Assembly (NCBI RefSeq): GCF_006345805.1
Contig: NC_043001.1
Coordinates: 77,190,001-77,254,000 of the forward strand
From: Octopus sinensis
Lineage: Eukaryota
Direction of reading: 5' to 3'
DNA length: 64,000 bases
The position numbers and the translations under genes are program-made. Of this stretch, positions 62,848-64,000 are shown one piece after another. The notes beneath the pieces are model-generated. The model saw only the letters and a list, made by a program, of their open reading frames with translations. It made no database searches and was not told where the DNA came from. Each line of letters starts with the position of its first letter. Within the stretch, counting starts at the first letter, position 1.

Positions 62848-62965
62848 TGTTACAGCACATAGGTTTCCCAAGCAGTCACCCATCTGAGTATTAATTAGAC
62901 TCGAGATTACTTAACTTCGGTGATCGGATGAGACCTAGTGGATTCAACGTGATATGGCCAATCGT
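62848..62965 (-). pseudogene. Diverged full-length 5S rRNA-like sequence (pseudogene or SINE3 head)
   Basis: Minus reads ggccatatcacgttgaa...ctcatccgatcaccgaagttaag...gatgggtgactgcttgggaaacc...gtgctgta. Boxes A and C are recognisable and no oligo-T terminator follows. Confidence 0.85.
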
Positions 62966-63591
62966 ATACGGAGTATTAATTATTTACTCCACTGAACACA
63001 AATTCTCGCCATTTAAACCTACCTCAAAGTTATTCTTTTTTACTCTCAGCACACGGCCCGAAACTTTTGGGGAGGGGGCCGGTCGATTACATCGACGCCA
63101 GTACGCAACTGGTACTTAATTTATCGACCGCTAAATGATGAAAGGCAAAGTCGACCTCAGCGGGTTTCGAATTCAGAACGTAAAGACAGACGAAATACCA
63201 CTAAGCAATACGCTTGGCGTACTAACGTTTCTGCCAACTCGCCGCCTTTATCTCAGAGTGATTACTTCATAAACGGACCCTTGGTTTATATACGTTGCGA
63301 TTACTTCGATACATATCCACCATATACATAGGATTGTAAACCACCTACGTCTAGTTAATCTATTATTTCCGATTGATCTCTTGGGAATTGGTCACTCGTC
63401 AACTCCAACTCTAATTGTAAGTGTAAATCATAAGCGCAGGTATACCTGTGTAGTTAAAGGTCTCGCATTGTAACCACGCGATCTCGGGTTAAGTTCAACA
63501 GGACGACACCTTGGGCAAGTATTTCTATTTTAGCCTCGGGCCAACAAATACATTGTGAATGAATTTAGTTGATGGAAACTGTGGAAACTCG

Positions 63592-63635
<44 letters not shown>

Positions 63636-63720
63636 TTCGAGACAAAACCACTATTTTGCAATACAAACAAGGAAAGACTTAATCAAGACATAAAAAATTT
63701 TAATATAAAGAAATAAACCG

Positions 63721-63763
63721 CCACTACAATCGTTTCATGTCTTCAATGACATTCGTCAGGTGG
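63721..63763 (-). ncRNA. Intact minimal type I hammerhead (43 nt)
   Basis: Minus reads ccac CTGACGA atgtc attgaa gacat GAAA C GATT GTA gtgg. Confidence 0.82.
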
Positions 63764-64000
63764 ATTTTCGATCTAAAATATCAATATATTAAAATATAAG
63801 TTTAAAATAATAAAATTATCAATGAAAAATATAAATATATATAATCTATATATAATCTATATATAATCTATATATAATCAATATATAATCTAAAATAAAC
63901 CCTATAAACAATTGAATATAAAGAAACCTATTATTAAAGTTCTCATATTTAAAGATGTACAAAAAACAAAAAAAAAACAACAACAAAAAAAAAAAAAACA

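Overview
AT-rich, microsatellite-dense animal genomic DNA. The repeat families look like those of Octopus or another coleoid cephalopod (inferred from SINE and RTE families I recognise, not from a search). The + strand carries 14 coding exons (1833-46263) of an IRSp53/BAIAP2-family gene: I-BAR/IMD domain, SH3 domain and a His/Pro-rich tail. All splice sites are GT-AG and the phases chain into one frame of 588 codons plus stop. The first roughly 43 codons must lie upstream of the window. Introns and the downstream 18 kb contain tRNA-derived SINEs (at least 4 families), RTE LINE fragments (one nested in a hAT/SPIN-like transposase), a Penelope-like GIY-YIG element, piggyBac derivatives, two Tc1/mariner remnants and satellites. 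The main unexplained signal is about 15 type I hammerhead-ribozyme (HHR) motifs, ranging from intact to decayed. Most have a self-complementary helix III, and many sit in head-to-head inverted elements. One family is a 365-bp retrozyme-like tandem unit whose core has the compensatory U3:A8 pair. One intact sense-strand HHR lies 104 nt upstream of an SH3 exon. Also noted are a 5S rRNA-headed SINE3 candidate, a 37-bp pre-miRNA-like hairpin, and a divergent I-BAR helix-4 motif. All folds and alignments were done by eye, and repeat boundaries are approximate.
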